DNA of 64,000 bases from the NCBI GenBank assembly GCA_964561155.1, contig CAZLOI010000001.1:302759-366758 (forward strand), given 5' to 3'. Below, in pieces: positions 25,905 through 41,230 of the stretch. The stretch's first letter is position 1, and each line of letters opens with the position of its first letter. The notes below the pieces were generated by a model. The model did not search any database. It had not been told where the DNA came from and saw only the letters and a program-made list of their open reading frames with translations. The position numbers and the translations under genes are program-made. This DNA comes from an uncultured Candidatus Saccharibacteria bacterium (GTDB taxonomy: Bacteria; Patescibacteriota; Dojkabacteria; J137).

Positions 25905-28442
25905 GTGTCCAAGAACAAACTACTAATAATCGATTCCTTTGCTTTAATATTCAGAGCCTATTACGCTTTTCCACCAACATTAACCAATGCACAAGGGGAA
26001 CCTGTTAATGCAGTCTTTGGTTTCTCAACACTTTTGCTTGATGTAATCCTTAAATTCAATCCAACACATATAGTTGCTGTAATGGATTCAGCAGGACCAA
26101 CCGTTAGGCAGACGGAGCATTCGTTCTATAAATCTAACCGAGATTCAGCAGATGACCTAATGACTGTCCAGATACCGCGCATCGTTGGAGTGTTAGATTC
26201 ACTAGGTATCCAATTGCTAAGAGCAGATGGGATAGAGGCGGATGACATAATTGGGACTGTAACAAAAAATATGTCCAAAAGCTGGGCGGATACAATCGTA
26301 GTAACAGGAGACCAAGATCTCTTTCAATTGATTGATGAAGACACTCAGATATATCTAGCTGCTAGAAAATTTTCGGACTCAAAATTATTCCAAAGAGAAG
26401 ATGTTAAGGACAAGCTTGGTGTGTATCCAGAGCAAGTGGCCGATTATAAAGCTATAGCAGGAGACTCATCGGACAATATACCAGGTGTGCGAGGAATAGG
26501 TCCGAAAGGAGCTGTTGACCTAATAACTAAGTTTGGTAGTCTTGAAAATATATATACAAAAATTGATGAAGTTGATAAGAAATATAAAGAAAAAATGATA
26601 GAAAATGTTGAGATCGCACAAACCTCAAAACATCTAGCTACTATTAATACAGATATTCCAATCTCCTACGATATAAACAATGCTAAATTCGAGAATCCAA
26701 ACCTTTCTCAGACAAGAGAGATATTCACAGAACTTGAATTCAAGAGCTTGTTAACAAAACTTGATAGACTCGCAAAGATGTATATGCCATCTGCTAGTAT
26801 TGGTTTGTTCTCGCAAGAGAATCTAATGCCAGAAGTGGCGATAGAATATTCAAAGAAAATTGAGGAGTTGAAGGATGAGCAAGAGCTTTACCTTTACAAG
26901 AACGGTAACAGTGATTATCTAATCTCTGGTAGCACAGACACAATCTATACTGGAGAACTATCAAAACTTCTAGAGATTGTTAAAGGAAAGAAATTGATCT
27001 CATTCAATCTTAAGGATCACAAGGAACTGTTAGCAGTAGCTAGCTCGTATATGGATTTAATGATATCTGGAGTTGTTGTAGGTGGAGGCAGAGTTACTCC
27101 TACTATAAACAGCGTCCTAAGATTCTTTGGTGCTACACCAAGTGAAGAGCCAGGTATTCTTCTACTTCAGATGAAGATTGCGTACAAGAATATGCTTGAA
27201 GAATACAAGGAGAATAAGGTAATAGCCTTAGAGAATGAGATCCTTCCTGTTGTTATCAGAATGGAAGAGAATGGTATTTCTTTAGATAAAAAACAGTTAG
27301 AGAAAGACTTGGCTACCCTTCAGAAGGAAAGAGAATCTGTTCAAGCAAAGATATTTGAACTAGCAGGACACGAAATCAATGTTAATTCACCAAAACAAAT
27401 AGGAGAGCTTCTTTTCGTTGAAAGGCAGTTGTCTGGAGCAAGAAAGACAAAGACTGGCGCATACAGTACAGATGAAAGAACTCTACGGGATCTTTTGGAT
27501 CAAGATCCAATTATTTCCTTAATTCTAGAATTCAGAGAGCTCGACAAGATTATCGGAACATATCTTTCACCATTACCTGATTATATATATCCGCTAGATG
27601 GAAGAGTTCATGGAACTTTTGATCAAATAGGAGCTGTTAGTGGTAGGTTTGCATCGCGTAATCCAAATATTCAAAATATTCCAAAGGGAGAATTCTACGG
27701 AGTTAATATTAGGAACTCGTTTAAGGCAGAGGAAGGGAGCGTTCTAATATCATTCGACTATTCTCAACAGGAGCTTAGAATACTTGCAGCACTTGCTGAG
27801 GAAGATAATATGCTCGAATATTACAATACTGGAAGAGACGTTCATATTCTCACAGCTTCTCAGTTATTTGAGGTAGATGAATCAGCTGTAACTAAACAGC
27901 AAAGAGATGTAGGCAAAACTGTCAATTTCAGTATCATATATGGTATATCAACATTCGGACTTTCGGACAGACTAAAGATTCCTAGAGAAACTGCTGATAC
28001 TTTTATTAAAAAATTCTACGAAGCATATCCAAAGATTAGAATTTTCATGGACCAAGTTTTGGAAGATGCAAAATCTTCGGGATTTACTGAAACTATTTTG
28101 GGTCGAAGAAGGTATAACGAGATGATTAAGTCCAACAACAGGAACTTAAGGGCTGCTGCAGAGAGAGAGCTATTCAACTTTATAATCCAGGGGAGTGCGG
28201 CAGATGTTATGAAGATGGTTTTAACAAAAATTGATGATGTTTGTGATGTAGAAAACAAGCTAGTAGCACAGATACATGATGAGTATCTTTTTGAGTGTAA
28301 AAATACTTCGGACAATATTGAAGTCTTTGTCCGAAAGATATATCATATTATGAAAGATGTTTACGATATGGGCGTCGAATTCAAGGTGGAAGCCAGTATC
28401 GGAGAACAATGGGGTAGCTTAATTAAATATGATATTAAATAA
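25905..28442 (+). CDS. polA: DNA polymerase I (5'-3' exonuclease plus polymerase domains; apparently no 3'-5' proofreading domain); GTG start
   Basis: The N-terminal FEN domain has LLIIDSFALIFRAYYAF and DNIPGVRGIGPKGA. The polymerase motifs are DYSQQELRILA, RDVGKTVNFSIIYG and FNFIIQGSAADVMK. Confidence 0.9.
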   Translation: MSKNKLLIIDSFALIFRAYYAFPPTLTNAQGEPVNAVFGFSTLLLDVILKFNPTHIVAVMDSAGPTVRQTEHSFYKSNRDSADDLMTVQIPRIVGVLDSLGIQLLRADGIEADDIIGTVTKNMSKSWADTIVVTGDQDLFQLIDEDTQIYLAARKFSDSKLFQREDVKDKLGVYPEQVADYKAIAGDSSDNIPGVRGIGPKGAVDLITKFGSLENIYTKIDEVDKKYKEKMIENVEIAQTSKHLATINTDIPISYDINNAKFENPNLSQTREIFTELEFKSLLTKLDRLAKMYMPSASIGLFSQENLMPEVAIEYSKKIEELKDEQELYLYKNGNSDYLISGSTDTIYTGELSKLLEIVKGKKLISFNLKDHKELLAVASSYMDLMISGVVVGGGRVTPTINSVLRFFGATPSEEPGILLLQMKIAYKNMLEEYKENKVIALENEILPVVIRMEENGISLDKKQLEKDLATLQKERESVQAKIFELAGHEINVNSPKQIGELLFVERQLSGARKTKTGAYSTDERTLRDLLDQDPIISLILEFRELDKIIGTYLSPLPDYIYPLDGRVHGTFDQIGAVSGRFASRNPNIQNIPKGEFYGVNIRNSFKAEEGSVLISFDYSQQELRILAALAEEDNMLEYYNTGRDVHILTASQLFEVDESAVTKQQRDVGKTVNFSIIYGISTFGLSDRLKIPRETADTFIKKFYEAYPKIRIFMDQVLEDAKSSGFTETILGRRRYNEMIKSNNRNLRAAAERELFNFIIQGSAADVMKMVLTKIDDVCDVENKLVAQIHDEYLFECKNTSDNIEVFVRKIYHIMKDVYDMGVEFKVEASIGEQWGSLIKYDIK

Positions 28443-28447
28443 ATAAT

Positions 28448-29017
28448 ATGAAATTCATCTATAAGTGGCTAGCTATTATTGGAATGTTATCTACAGCTTA
28501 CTTGTATGTAAGAAATACAAAGAGCGTAACTAAAGATATTAAAACAATCACTAATAAAGCTAATGGCTTATATGAGAAGTTTTCTGACACTATAGAGAAG
28601 AACAAGAAGAGTGTCATGGATGATGTTAAGGACTTTGAAAGAGAGATTTCTAAGAATAAAGAAATAATGAAGGTAAAAGAGAGTGTTCAGGAGTTTGTTA
28701 ATAATGTTCCAGAGAAGGTGGCAGAGGCTGTAGAGAAGTTCCAGTTAAGAGTAGAGGCTAAGAAATCTAATCCAGTAAAGAAAGCTGCAAAGAAAGTTGT
28801 TAAGAAGGCTACAAAAACACTTTCAACAGGTGTTGGAAGGATTGATCAGCTACATGGTTTCATTGGTAGCAAATCAGAAATTACTATCCCAGAAATCAGA
28901 AAGCATTTCTCATCTGTGTCTGAACGAACTCTAAGAAGAGACATGGACAAGCTTGAAAAGATGGGAGTAGTTAAGCAGGTTGGTAAAACTAAGAACTCTT
29001 TCTATAGAGTTTTATAA
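28448..29017 (+). CDS. Membrane-anchored protein with a C-terminal DeoR-type winged HTH
   Basis: It has an N-terminal TM (WLAIIGMLSTAYLYV) and a Lys-rich helical middle. The C-terminal IPEIRKHFSSVSERTLRRDMDKLEKMGVVKQVG matches the DeoR HTH signature. Confidence 0.5.
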   Translation: MKFIYKWLAIIGMLSTAYLYVRNTKSVTKDIKTITNKANGLYEKFSDTIEKNKKSVMDDVKDFEREISKNKEIMKVKESVQEFVNNVPEKVAEAVEKFQLRVEAKKSNPVKKAAKKVVKKATKTLSTGVGRIDQLHGFIGSKSEITIPEIRKHFSSVSERTLRRDMDKLEKMGVVKQVGKTKNSFYRVL

Positions 29018-29091
29018 AAAACTTTTAAATTCTTGCAAAATCTCTTCAAATAGGTAAGAATATACCTGCACTAATTAACTATTTTTACAGT

Positions 29092-30717
29092 ATGAGAAAG
29101 ATTTTTCTTTCTGCATGCATAACTTTTGCAGCTCTTGCTGCTTCAGTTGTCACTTCTTTCGTATTCGTCTTTATTATTTCCAGCGTTTTTTTTAATGTAA
29201 TAGACAAAGATAGAATTCTTCCTAATATATACCTTAAGGAAGCATACGTAGGGCTTGAAAGTATTCAGGATGTTCAGATTGAATATCAGGAAGAGGCTTT
29301 AGAGTTACTTCCTTCAACTATTACACTAACAATAGGTACCGAGACCAAAGAGTATCCAACTAGTGAGCTTTCCCCAGAACTATATCTAGAGGAAGTTAGA
29401 GATGTGGGAAGAAGTGGGAATATATTTGGAGCTATGGTTGAGTTGGCTAGTGTATCTAGTGCATTAAGCTTTGATTATGAATACAAATTTAATGTAGAAA
29501 AAATAATAAGCGAGTTTAGCTTGTTCGCAGATGATGATATTAAGTTCTTTGAAGAAGATGGTAGGGTAGTTGGTTGCACCAATGATTTAGTATCTTCTAA
29601 ATTAATAGATGTACAGAAGTTTAATAAGCAGCTATCAGTTAGCGCTCAATCAGATACAGAGATAAAGCTTGAGAAAGCAGAGATCCTATCAGAAGGTGTT
29701 TCTACAGATCTATTCTTGATATGTAATAAGTTCAAACATGATACAAAGACAATCCTTACCAAGTTTGAAAGATTTGGAGATGTGGATCCAGTAGAAGTTC
29801 TTGGCTTCATGGGTCTGTATATGTCTCCTGAAGGAACTCTTTCTTGGAAGATGTATAGCGATGAGAATCTAAGGAAGTTCCTAGACTCTTTGAAATTAAG
29901 AACTCAAATAGTACTAGATGAAGGAGAATATCAAGAGGTAGATGGTAAAGTGCGATTGTTTAGACAATATAAAGAAGGGAAAGAGGTAGATATAGAAGCA
30001 AGTTATCGGAATATGATTAAGTGGAGTCTAAATCCACTGTCTGAGAATATTAAAATGGTCTATAAGGTAACTGCTCCTTGGTATGTAAAGGAAGGAAAGG
30101 AGATCGTTGATTTTACATATGAATTGAGTAGAGGAGAAAGTAGGCTTAACTATAATATAGAGAATGGTAGGGTAGGTGTTCAGGAAATAGATGGTTATAT
30201 CTTAAATCCTGGGAGTGAGTACTCATTCTATAATATGCTTCAGCCTAGACTTCTTGATATCTGGAGAACAGCGAATGGTAGAGCAATAGAAATGGGGATA
30301 TGTAGTTCAAGTACTACTATATTTAGAGCAGCAATTCATGCAGGGTTCCCAATTACAGAAAGGTACAGTCATGGATGGAGTCTTCCTAAGTATGAGTGGC
30401 CATATGAGCAGAACGTTGTAGATGCAACTTACCTAACCAATCCAAAGGTAGACCTAAAGTTCGTAAACGATCTAGCTTACCCTGTTATCTTCAAATCAGA
30501 AATTTGGAGTGATGGAGGATGGGATTATCAGAGAGTTAGGATCATGACATCGCCAAAAGCTAAAGATAGGAGTGTAGAACTCACAAGATTTAGGAAATGG
30601 GATGAGCGCTTACCTGGGATTTACAAGGGTAGTTTTGACAGGATAATTAGAGAAAAAGGTGTAGTTACGAGGCAAGATTACTTCGAAAGTAACTACTATA
30701 TGTATGCTCCATACTAA
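29092..30717 (+). CDS. VanW-family protein (541 aa) with an N-terminal membrane anchor
   Basis: The C-terminal GICSSSTTIFRAAIHAGFPITERYSHGWSLPKYEWPYEQNVVDATY matches the VanW core (GxCQxSTTLYNA…ER.NHS…DATV). Confidence 0.55.
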   Translation: MRKIFLSACITFAALAASVVTSFVFVFIISSVFFNVIDKDRILPNIYLKEAYVGLESIQDVQIEYQEEALELLPSTITLTIGTETKEYPTSELSPELYLEEVRDVGRSGNIFGAMVELASVSSALSFDYEYKFNVEKIISEFSLFADDDIKFFEEDGRVVGCTNDLVSSKLIDVQKFNKQLSVSAQSDTEIKLEKAEILSEGVSTDLFLICNKFKHDTKTILTKFERFGDVDPVEVLGFMGLYMSPEGTLSWKMYSDENLRKFLDSLKLRTQIVLDEGEYQEVDGKVRLFRQYKEGKEVDIEASYRNMIKWSLNPLSENIKMVYKVTAPWYVKEGKEIVDFTYELSRGESRLNYNIENGRVGVQEIDGYILNPGSEYSFYNMLQPRLLDIWRTANGRAIEMGICSSSTTIFRAAIHAGFPITERYSHGWSLPKYEWPYEQNVVDATYLTNPKVDLKFVNDLAYPVIFKSEIWSDGGWDYQRVRIMTSPKAKDRSVELTRFRKWDERLPGIYKGSFDRIIREKGVVTRQDYFESNYYMYAPY

Positions 30718-30884
30718 GATAGCTTAGTAATTTCTTCGCCAGTAAGGATTCCGGGGGTTCATAGAACTTATCTTCAATCTTTCTATTATTATCACGAAAA
30801 TAGCGGTCAAATTTGGGTCAAAATGCACAAAACTCAATGTACTCCATAGCCCTATGTACCTTAAATTTTCTCTACTTTTTCTGC

Positions 30885-30914
30885 TTGACCAGATGTTACT
30901 TTCTTTGATACAAT
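30885..30914 (+). promoter_or_regulatory. Candidate sigma70-type promoter upstream of the rRNA operon
   Basis: TTGACC-N18-TACAAT lies ~250 nt upstream of the 16S 5' end. The spacer is 1 nt long of optimal, so the call is weak. Confidence 0.3.
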
Positions 30915-31160
30915 CACTTCACACTTATCTTAAAGCAATTTAAGAAGTGCTAAACAATTATCCCAAACAATAAATTGAACTTTTAAAAGTGATAAGGAAC
31001 GTCAAGTTTTCTTTGAGTTTAATCTAAACTCTTGTAAACGTTCTGTTTTGGAATCGACAGAATGTTATTCCAGAAATACTAAGCAATTAGTTATTTCTAA
31101 ATTATTCCGCTATTAAATTAGCAAACTTAAATATGGAATCTCGATTTATCGAGATGAAAT

Positions 31161-32684
<1,524 letters not shown>

Positions 32685-32841
32685 CAAAAGGAGTTTGATT
32701 ATAAGTAATTTATAATCTGACCCAAGTTTTAGATTTGCTCAAAGTACTTGACGTTTCCTTATCACTTTTTAAGAGTTTAAAAGAACCTTAAATCAAAATA
32801 TCACTAATGGTGAACTACCCATGGTAGCTAGCCTGCATCAC

Positions 32842-32915
32842 AGGCGATTAGCTCAGGTGGTTAGAGCGCTCCTCTGATAAGGGAGAGGTCCCAAGTTCGA
32901 GTCTTGGATCGCCTA
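32842..32915 (+). tRNA. tRNA-Ile (GAU) in 16S-23S spacer
   Basis: Acceptor AGGCGAT/ATCGCCT, anticodon loop CUGAUAA, T loop TTCGAGT. Confidence 0.9.
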
Positions 32916-32984
32916 TTTAATTATAGGAGGGGTCAAGTAAGGAACACGAGCAATTTGCTCGAAACGGCCTACTAGCCGTTTCTC

Positions 32985-33057
32985 GGGGTCTTAGCTTAGC
33001 TGGTAGAGCGCCTCATTTGCAATGAGGAGGTCATGGGTTCGAATCCCATAGACTCCA
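32985..33057 (+). tRNA. tRNA-Ala (UGC) in 16S-23S spacer
   Basis: Acceptor GGGGTCT/AGACTCC with the G3:U70 Ala identity pair, anticodon loop UUUGCAA. Confidence 0.9.
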
Positions 33058-33164
33058 TTTAATATTTAGTAATCTGCTTTCTCGCAAGAGAGAGTAGATA
33101 ACTGAAAGTTAAAACTTTTAGTGATTAATTGATCTTTAACAACTGAATAGAAGGTGAATAACCG

Positions 33165-36200
<3,036 letters not shown>

Positions 36201-36342
36201 CCGGTTATACACCCTTCTATTCAGTTTCTAGAGATTAATTAACGTATAGTGTAGTAAAATACACCATACGTTAGTATCTTAGAACTTTTAAAATTATGAC
36301 TTCTGTCACTAGATATCTGGGAAGCTCCAACTTCCTAGATAT

Positions 36343-36458
36343 CCGGTGATAGGATCGCTCTGGAACCACCCCATCCCATCCCGAACTGGGCAGTGAAACG
36401 GAGTTGAGCCGAAGATACTTATCCGCACCGCGGATTGGGAAAATAGGTAATCGCCGGT
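36343..36458 (+). rRNA. rrf: 5S rRNA
   Basis: A terminal helix CCGGTGAT…ATCGCCGG encloses CCCGAACTGGGCAGTGAAAC. The gene sits right after the 23S, preceded by a processing-stem-like inverted repeat. Confidence 0.75.
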
Positions 36459-36465
36459 ATAAAAA

Positions 36466-36493
36466 AGACTCTTAGAAATAGGAGTCTTTTTTT
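36466..36493 (+). terminator. Rho-independent terminator of the rRNA operon
   Basis: AGACTC-ttagaaata-GGAGTCT hairpin followed by TTTTTTT. Confidence 0.65.
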
Positions 36494-36568
36494 ATTGAGT
36501 TTTTTATGAAAACTGTTGAACACCTTAGGTAATTCTTAGCTATGAAGCTTGTGTGCTAGAATAGACTT

Positions 36569-37030
36569 ATGGATAGAAACAACGAAGTAATTACTGCAGC
36601 AGAATTAGGATTAAACATAGAAATGTTGTCTCAGAATGTTGAAGCAATGAGACTTGCTAGCGAATCAAATAGCAGAACCTCTTTAAGATTACACATAAGT
36701 AACTGTTTGAAATATGATTTACAACCAGTACTTAAGAGACATATTGAAACGAAGTACGGTGAAGGAACAGAAAACGCTGTAGGAAGTGATACTGCTGAAA
36801 TAGTATGGAAAGATATTGAAGATTATATTGAATATCTAAGACCACAAGGAAAACTTAGAGAAAAGGCAACTGATTTTACCTTTAGAGTGCTTAACGAAGT
36901 CTTCTCAGATCTACTTGGAAAGTTATCTCTAGATCTAAATCTTAGATTACTACTGTTGCAGTTTATTAAGTACAGCAGCAAAGATCTTATATACGAGGAT
37001 GAGTTACTAGCTCGAACCTCAGTAGTTTAA
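36569..37030 (+). CDS. Hypothetical protein (153 aa)
   Basis: ORF between the rRNA operon and rpsA; no motif recognised. Confidence 0.4.
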   Translation: MDRNNEVITAAELGLNIEMLSQNVEAMRLASESNSRTSLRLHISNCLKYDLQPVLKRHIETKYGEGTENAVGSDTAEIVWKDIEDYIEYLRPQGKLREKATDFTFRVLNEVFSDLLGKLSLDLNLRLLLLQFIKYSSKDLIYEDELLARTSVV

Positions 37031-37151
37031 CTCCCCATATTCCTATTTGTTTACAGAAGCCCCTTCTGATATAATCCGATCAAGGAATCTTAAGTCTATC
37101 TTCATTCGAAAGGGTGTTGGTAAAACAAAAACTTAGGACACACTTAAATAT

Positions 37152-38375
37152 ATGAGTAAAATCAAAAAACACTCAGAAGAAGAGATGAACGCTCTTCTAG
37201 AAGGGGTAGCAATCCCTAAAACTTTCAAGAAAGGAGATATCATCGAGGGAACAGTTGTTTCTATGAATGACTTTGGAATGATCGTCAATGTTGGCGGTAG
37301 AACTGAAGGAATCGTTGGTGGTAAGCACTTAAAGCTTGGAGGAAAAAAGGTTGTTAAAAAACCTGGAGATATAATTCTATCTTATGTTCTAAAAACAGAA
37401 TCTGAAGACGGACAAATTCAATTGTCTGTAAGCAAGACTGGACCTGAACTAAAATGGCACGAGCTTGAACTCGCTAAGAAGATGGATACTTCTATCAAAG
37501 TGAAAGTCATAGAGGCTAACACTGGAGGAGTAATCGTTGAAATTAACGAAGGATTAAGAGGATTCGTACCTAGTTCTCAGTTAAGGAACAATAGAATCTA
37601 TACTACAGAGACATACTCTGGAAAGGTTGATGCTGTTAAAGCACTTCAAACTAAACTAGCCGAGATGATCGGAGAGGAACTTGAAGTAGTTGTAATGGAG
37701 ATCAACAAAGACAAGAACAAGGTTATTCTTTCTGAAAAGAGAGCATTCAACGACGGCGTAGACGTTAAAGAAATGGAGGCAACTCTATTGAGTCTAAAGG
37801 TTGGAGATGCACTAGAAGGAGAGGTAACTGGAATTGCTCCATTCGGTCTATTTGTTAACGCAAAGGGATTGGAAGGATTGGTTCACTTATCTGAAATTTC
37901 TTGGGATAAAGTATCTAACCCTGCAGATTTCTACAAGGTTGGAGAAAAGGTTCAAGTACAGGTGTTAGGATTACAGGATAACGGTAAGAGAGTAGCATAC
38001 TCGATTAAACGACTTGTACCAGACCCATGGAAGAACATCGTAAAGAAATACAAGGTTAACCAAATTGTTGACGGAGTAGTAAAGAGCGTTGCTGACTACG
38101 GGGTATTCGTAAAGATTGAAGAAGGTCTAAATGGCTTAATTCACATCAGCGAATTATCTAACAAGTTAGTAAAGCACCCTTCACAGATAGTTGCAGCTGG
38201 AGACGCAATCAAAGTCATGATTATTTCTATCTCTAACGATGATAGACATCTAGGCTTGAGCTTAAAGAGAGTAACTGGTCCTGCGGAAGCAGAAACAGAA
38301 GCTCCTCAAGCAGCTAATTCAGAAGCTTCTAGAGAAATGGAAGGTTTAGATAAGTTATTAAACGATACAAAGTAA
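37152..38375 (+). CDS. rpsA: 30S ribosomal protein S1, short 4-domain form
   Basis: It contains four S1/OB repeats (GDIIEGTVVSMNDFGMIVNVGG; VKVIEANTGGVIVEINEGLRGFVPSSQL; GDALEGEVTGIAPFGLFVNAKGLEGLVHLSEIS; VDGVVKSVADYGVFVKIEEGLNGLIHISELS). Confidence 0.85.
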   Translation: MSKIKKHSEEEMNALLEGVAIPKTFKKGDIIEGTVVSMNDFGMIVNVGGRTEGIVGGKHLKLGGKKVVKKPGDIILSYVLKTESEDGQIQLSVSKTGPELKWHELELAKKMDTSIKVKVIEANTGGVIVEINEGLRGFVPSSQLRNNRIYTTETYSGKVDAVKALQTKLAEMIGEELEVVVMEINKDKNKVILSEKRAFNDGVDVKEMEATLLSLKVGDALEGEVTGIAPFGLFVNAKGLEGLVHLSEISWDKVSNPADFYKVGEKVQVQVLGLQDNGKRVAYSIKRLVPDPWKNIVKKYKVNQIVDGVVKSVADYGVFVKIEEGLNGLIHISELSNKLVKHPSQIVAAGDAIKVMIISISNDDRHLGLSLKRVTGPAEAETEAPQAANSEASREMEGLDKLLNDTK

Positions 38376-38511
38376 TTTGTATATTAATATTATCTTTGCT
38401 GGAAATAGATTAGCCCAATCGCAAGAAAGGGCTAATTTTTTATCCCAACTGTTAGCAGGTACTCACTTGACCTGCTATAATATGAGGCATAAACGTTAAT
38501 CAATTATAAAC

Positions 38512-40998
38512 ATGGCAGACTTGAAAGGCCTTAACAGACTTACAGATAATGCAAAGAGAGTACTCTCTCAAGGAGAAGAAATCGCACGACTAAATAACTC
38601 AAAAGAATACAAAGTTATTCACTTATTCTATTCAATTTTAAACGATCGTTCATCTATCATAAATGAGCTATTCGCTAAACTAGGTATAGAATATGATGAA
38701 ACAAAAGATAGAGTAGCAAACGAGATTAAGATCACATCGTTTAGAAATGAGAAGGTAAATAAAGTAGTATTCTCAGAAGAACTGAAGAAAGTAATCAACG
38801 ATTCAATAGTAATAGCACAGGAGCTAAGCACTGTGTATGTAGGTATTGAACACCTGTTCCTATCCATCTTCAAACAAACAGATATTGATTTTGTTAAATC
38901 AATAAATAACTCTGGAATACACTATCAACTTGTAAAGGATTCTTTAATGGGAATCGTTACATACCCAGCACTTTCAGTCCTAGGAAGAGGAGATGATTTC
39001 CAAGAATTTGAAGATGAAAAAGATGGAACATACTACAGCAGGAATATGAACGAAGCGAGTATCAATGGAGAGATTTCAAACATTACAGGAAGAGACAAAG
39101 AGATTCAAAGATTAATTCATATACTAGCAAGAAAGAGCAAGAATAACCCAATTCTTGTAGGAGAAGCAGGTGTTGGTAAGACTGCTATCGTTGAAGGATT
39201 TGTAAACATGATAGTTCAAAAGAAAGTACCCGCAAGCTTTATTAACAAGAAGGTTTTAAGTGTAGATATAGCAGGGATTGTTGCTGGAGCTAGGTTAAGA
39301 GGAGATGTAGAAGAAAGAATAACTTCAGTTATTAATGAAGCAATAGATGATGGTAATACAATTCTCTTTATTGATGAAATTCATATGATTGTAGGAGCAG
39401 GTTCTACAGGAGGAAAGGATTCACTAGATATAGCAAACATTCTAAAACCATACCTTACAAAACCAAACCTAAGTGTTATTGGAGCAACTACACACGATGA
39501 ATACACAAAATACTTCGAAGAAGACACAGCGCTATCTAGAAGATTTCAACCAATATTTATAGACGAGTTAAGTGAAGAAAGTGCCAAAGAGGTTATATAT
39601 CAACTAATTCCAGAGTTCGAAGCATTCCACAGCCTAAAGATACAAAAAGAAGCAGTGGATATGGCTGTAACTTTATCTGCAAAATTCATTCAAGACAGAT
39701 TTCTTCCAGACAAGGCCTTGGACATAATTGACGAGGCAGCAGCGAGTGTAAAGATAGGTCGAGAGTTCGCTATAGAGCCCGAATTAAGCGAGTTAGGTAA
39801 CAACCTGATGAAAATCCAGTCTCGAAAAAATAAGGCCCTTAAAGAGGCTAATTTTGAGTTGGCGTCCAAATATAAATTGGACGAAGAAAAAGTAATCGAC
39901 AATATCGAAGCAACAGTAGAAGGAAAGAAGAAAGTGAAGAAAAAATATGCGAAGGTAGTAACCGCTGACCTGATTAAGGACATTGTTGTTGAGATGACAA
40001 AGATTCCAATCGCTGCTAGCGATATCTCGAATAAGAATTTGAAGGATTTATCAGTAAATTTAAAAGCAAGGATAATTGGCCAAGACACGGTCATAGATAA
40101 TGTCTCTAAAGCTATACAAAGGTCTCACTTAGGATTGAATGGAGACAAGCGACCATTGTCTTCTTTCTTGTTCTTGGGTCCAACTGGTGTAGGTAAGACA
40201 GAGCTTGCAAAGAGTTTGGCACGTGAGGTATTTGGTTCTGAATCCTTAATGTATCAGATTAATATGAGTGAATTCATGGAAATGCACTCAGTTGCTAAGT
40301 TGGTTGGTGCTCCTCCTGGGTACATTGGATATCAAGAAGGTGGTCAACTAACATCGTTTGTTAATCGAAAACCATATTCAGTAGTGTTATTCGATGAAAT
40401 TGAGAAGGCGCATCCAGACACATTGAATATACTGCTTCAGATACTAGAAGAAGGATCATTAACAGACGGAAAGGGAGGCAAGGTAAGCTTCCGTAATACT
40501 ATAGTAATTCTAACCTCAAACATAGGCGCATCATACGTAAAGAACGATGCAAGAATGGGATTCGACATTTCTTTTGATAGTAGCGACAAGGCTGAATTTG
40601 ATAGGGCGTATGAAGATATGAAGGAAGTTATATTAGAAAAGCTTAAAGAAGATCTACGTCCAGAGCTAATTAACCGAATAGATTCTATCGATGTCTTTAG
40701 AGGTTTAAGTCGTGAAGATACTGACCAGATAGCGAGATTGATCGTTGATGAAACAAGGATTAAGCTACTTTCAAAGGGTATTAGGTTAAGTGTTTCCGAG
40801 GAAGTGATCTTAAAGATTAATGAACTTGGATATAGTAAAGAGTATGGTGCTAGGAATATTAGAAGACAGGCTATAGAATTCTTGGAAAATAGGCTCTCTG
40901 AGTTCCTTCTTACACTTAATATTGGAAAGAAGAGGACCGAAGTTCTGGAGCTTCAAGCTAAGCTAGTAAGTGGAAATGTTACGTTTACCGTGAAATAG
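38512..40998 (+). CDS. clpC: ATP-dependent Clp ATPase ClpC-like (canonical Hsp100 with Clp_N domain and short UVR-type middle domain)
   Basis: It has Clp_N repeats (NAKRVLSQGEEIARLNNSKEYKVIHLFYSIL). D1 has GEAGVGKTAIVEGF and ILFIDEIHMIVGAG. D2 has FLFLGPTGVGKTELAKSLA and VVLFDEIEKAHPD. The middle domain is short and contains ANFELASKYK. Confidence 0.9.
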   Translation: MADLKGLNRLTDNAKRVLSQGEEIARLNNSKEYKVIHLFYSILNDRSSIINELFAKLGIEYDETKDRVANEIKITSFRNEKVNKVVFSEELKKVINDSIVIAQELSTVYVGIEHLFLSIFKQTDIDFVKSINNSGIHYQLVKDSLMGIVTYPALSVLGRGDDFQEFEDEKDGTYYSRNMNEASINGEISNITGRDKEIQRLIHILARKSKNNPILVGEAGVGKTAIVEGFVNMIVQKKVPASFINKKVLSVDIAGIVAGARLRGDVEERITSVINEAIDDGNTILFIDEIHMIVGAGSTGGKDSLDIANILKPYLTKPNLSVIGATTHDEYTKYFEEDTALSRRFQPIFIDELSEESAKEVIYQLIPEFEAFHSLKIQKEAVDMAVTLSAKFIQDRFLPDKALDIIDEAAASVKIGREFAIEPELSELGNNLMKIQSRKNKALKEANFELASKYKLDEEKVIDNIEATVEGKKKVKKKYAKVVTADLIKDIVVEMTKIPIAASDISNKNLKDLSVNLKARIIGQDTVIDNVSKAIQRSHLGLNGDKRPLSSFLFLGPTGVGKTELAKSLAREVFGSESLMYQINMSEFMEMHSVAKLVGAPPGYIGYQEGGQLTSFVNRKPYSVVLFDEIEKAHPDTLNILLQILEEGSLTDGKGGKVSFRNTIVILTSNIGASYVKNDARMGFDISFDSSDKAEFDRAYEDMKEVILEKLKEDLRPELINRIDSIDVFRGLSREDTDQIARLIVDETRIKLLSKGIRLSVSEEVILKINELGYSKEYGARNIRRQAIEFLENRLSEFLLTLNIGKKRTEVLELQAKLVSGNVTFTVK

Positions 40999-41170
40999 GT
41001 GGATAACTTGCAAGAAACACGTAGTTTCTAGTAAAAATAGATGTTTTGCCATTGATTTTCCCAGAAAATACACAACTAAAATAAGTCACCGGAGTAGAGT
41101 GACGCTGAAATGCCCTACTCAATGGTGTCTTCGGAGGGGTAGGGTTACACCTACGAGTTTACTATAGGAC

Positions 41171-41198
41171 TTGACATGAAAAGATTATAGGGTATAAT
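41171..41198 (+). promoter_or_regulatory. Near-consensus sigma70 promoter (TTGACA-N16-TATAAT) driving the rho leader
   Basis: TTGACA at 41171-41176, TATAAT at 41193-41198. Confidence 0.5.
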
Positions 41199-41230
41199 AT
41201 TATTTGTAACTTAAAAATAGAAGCACTGAT

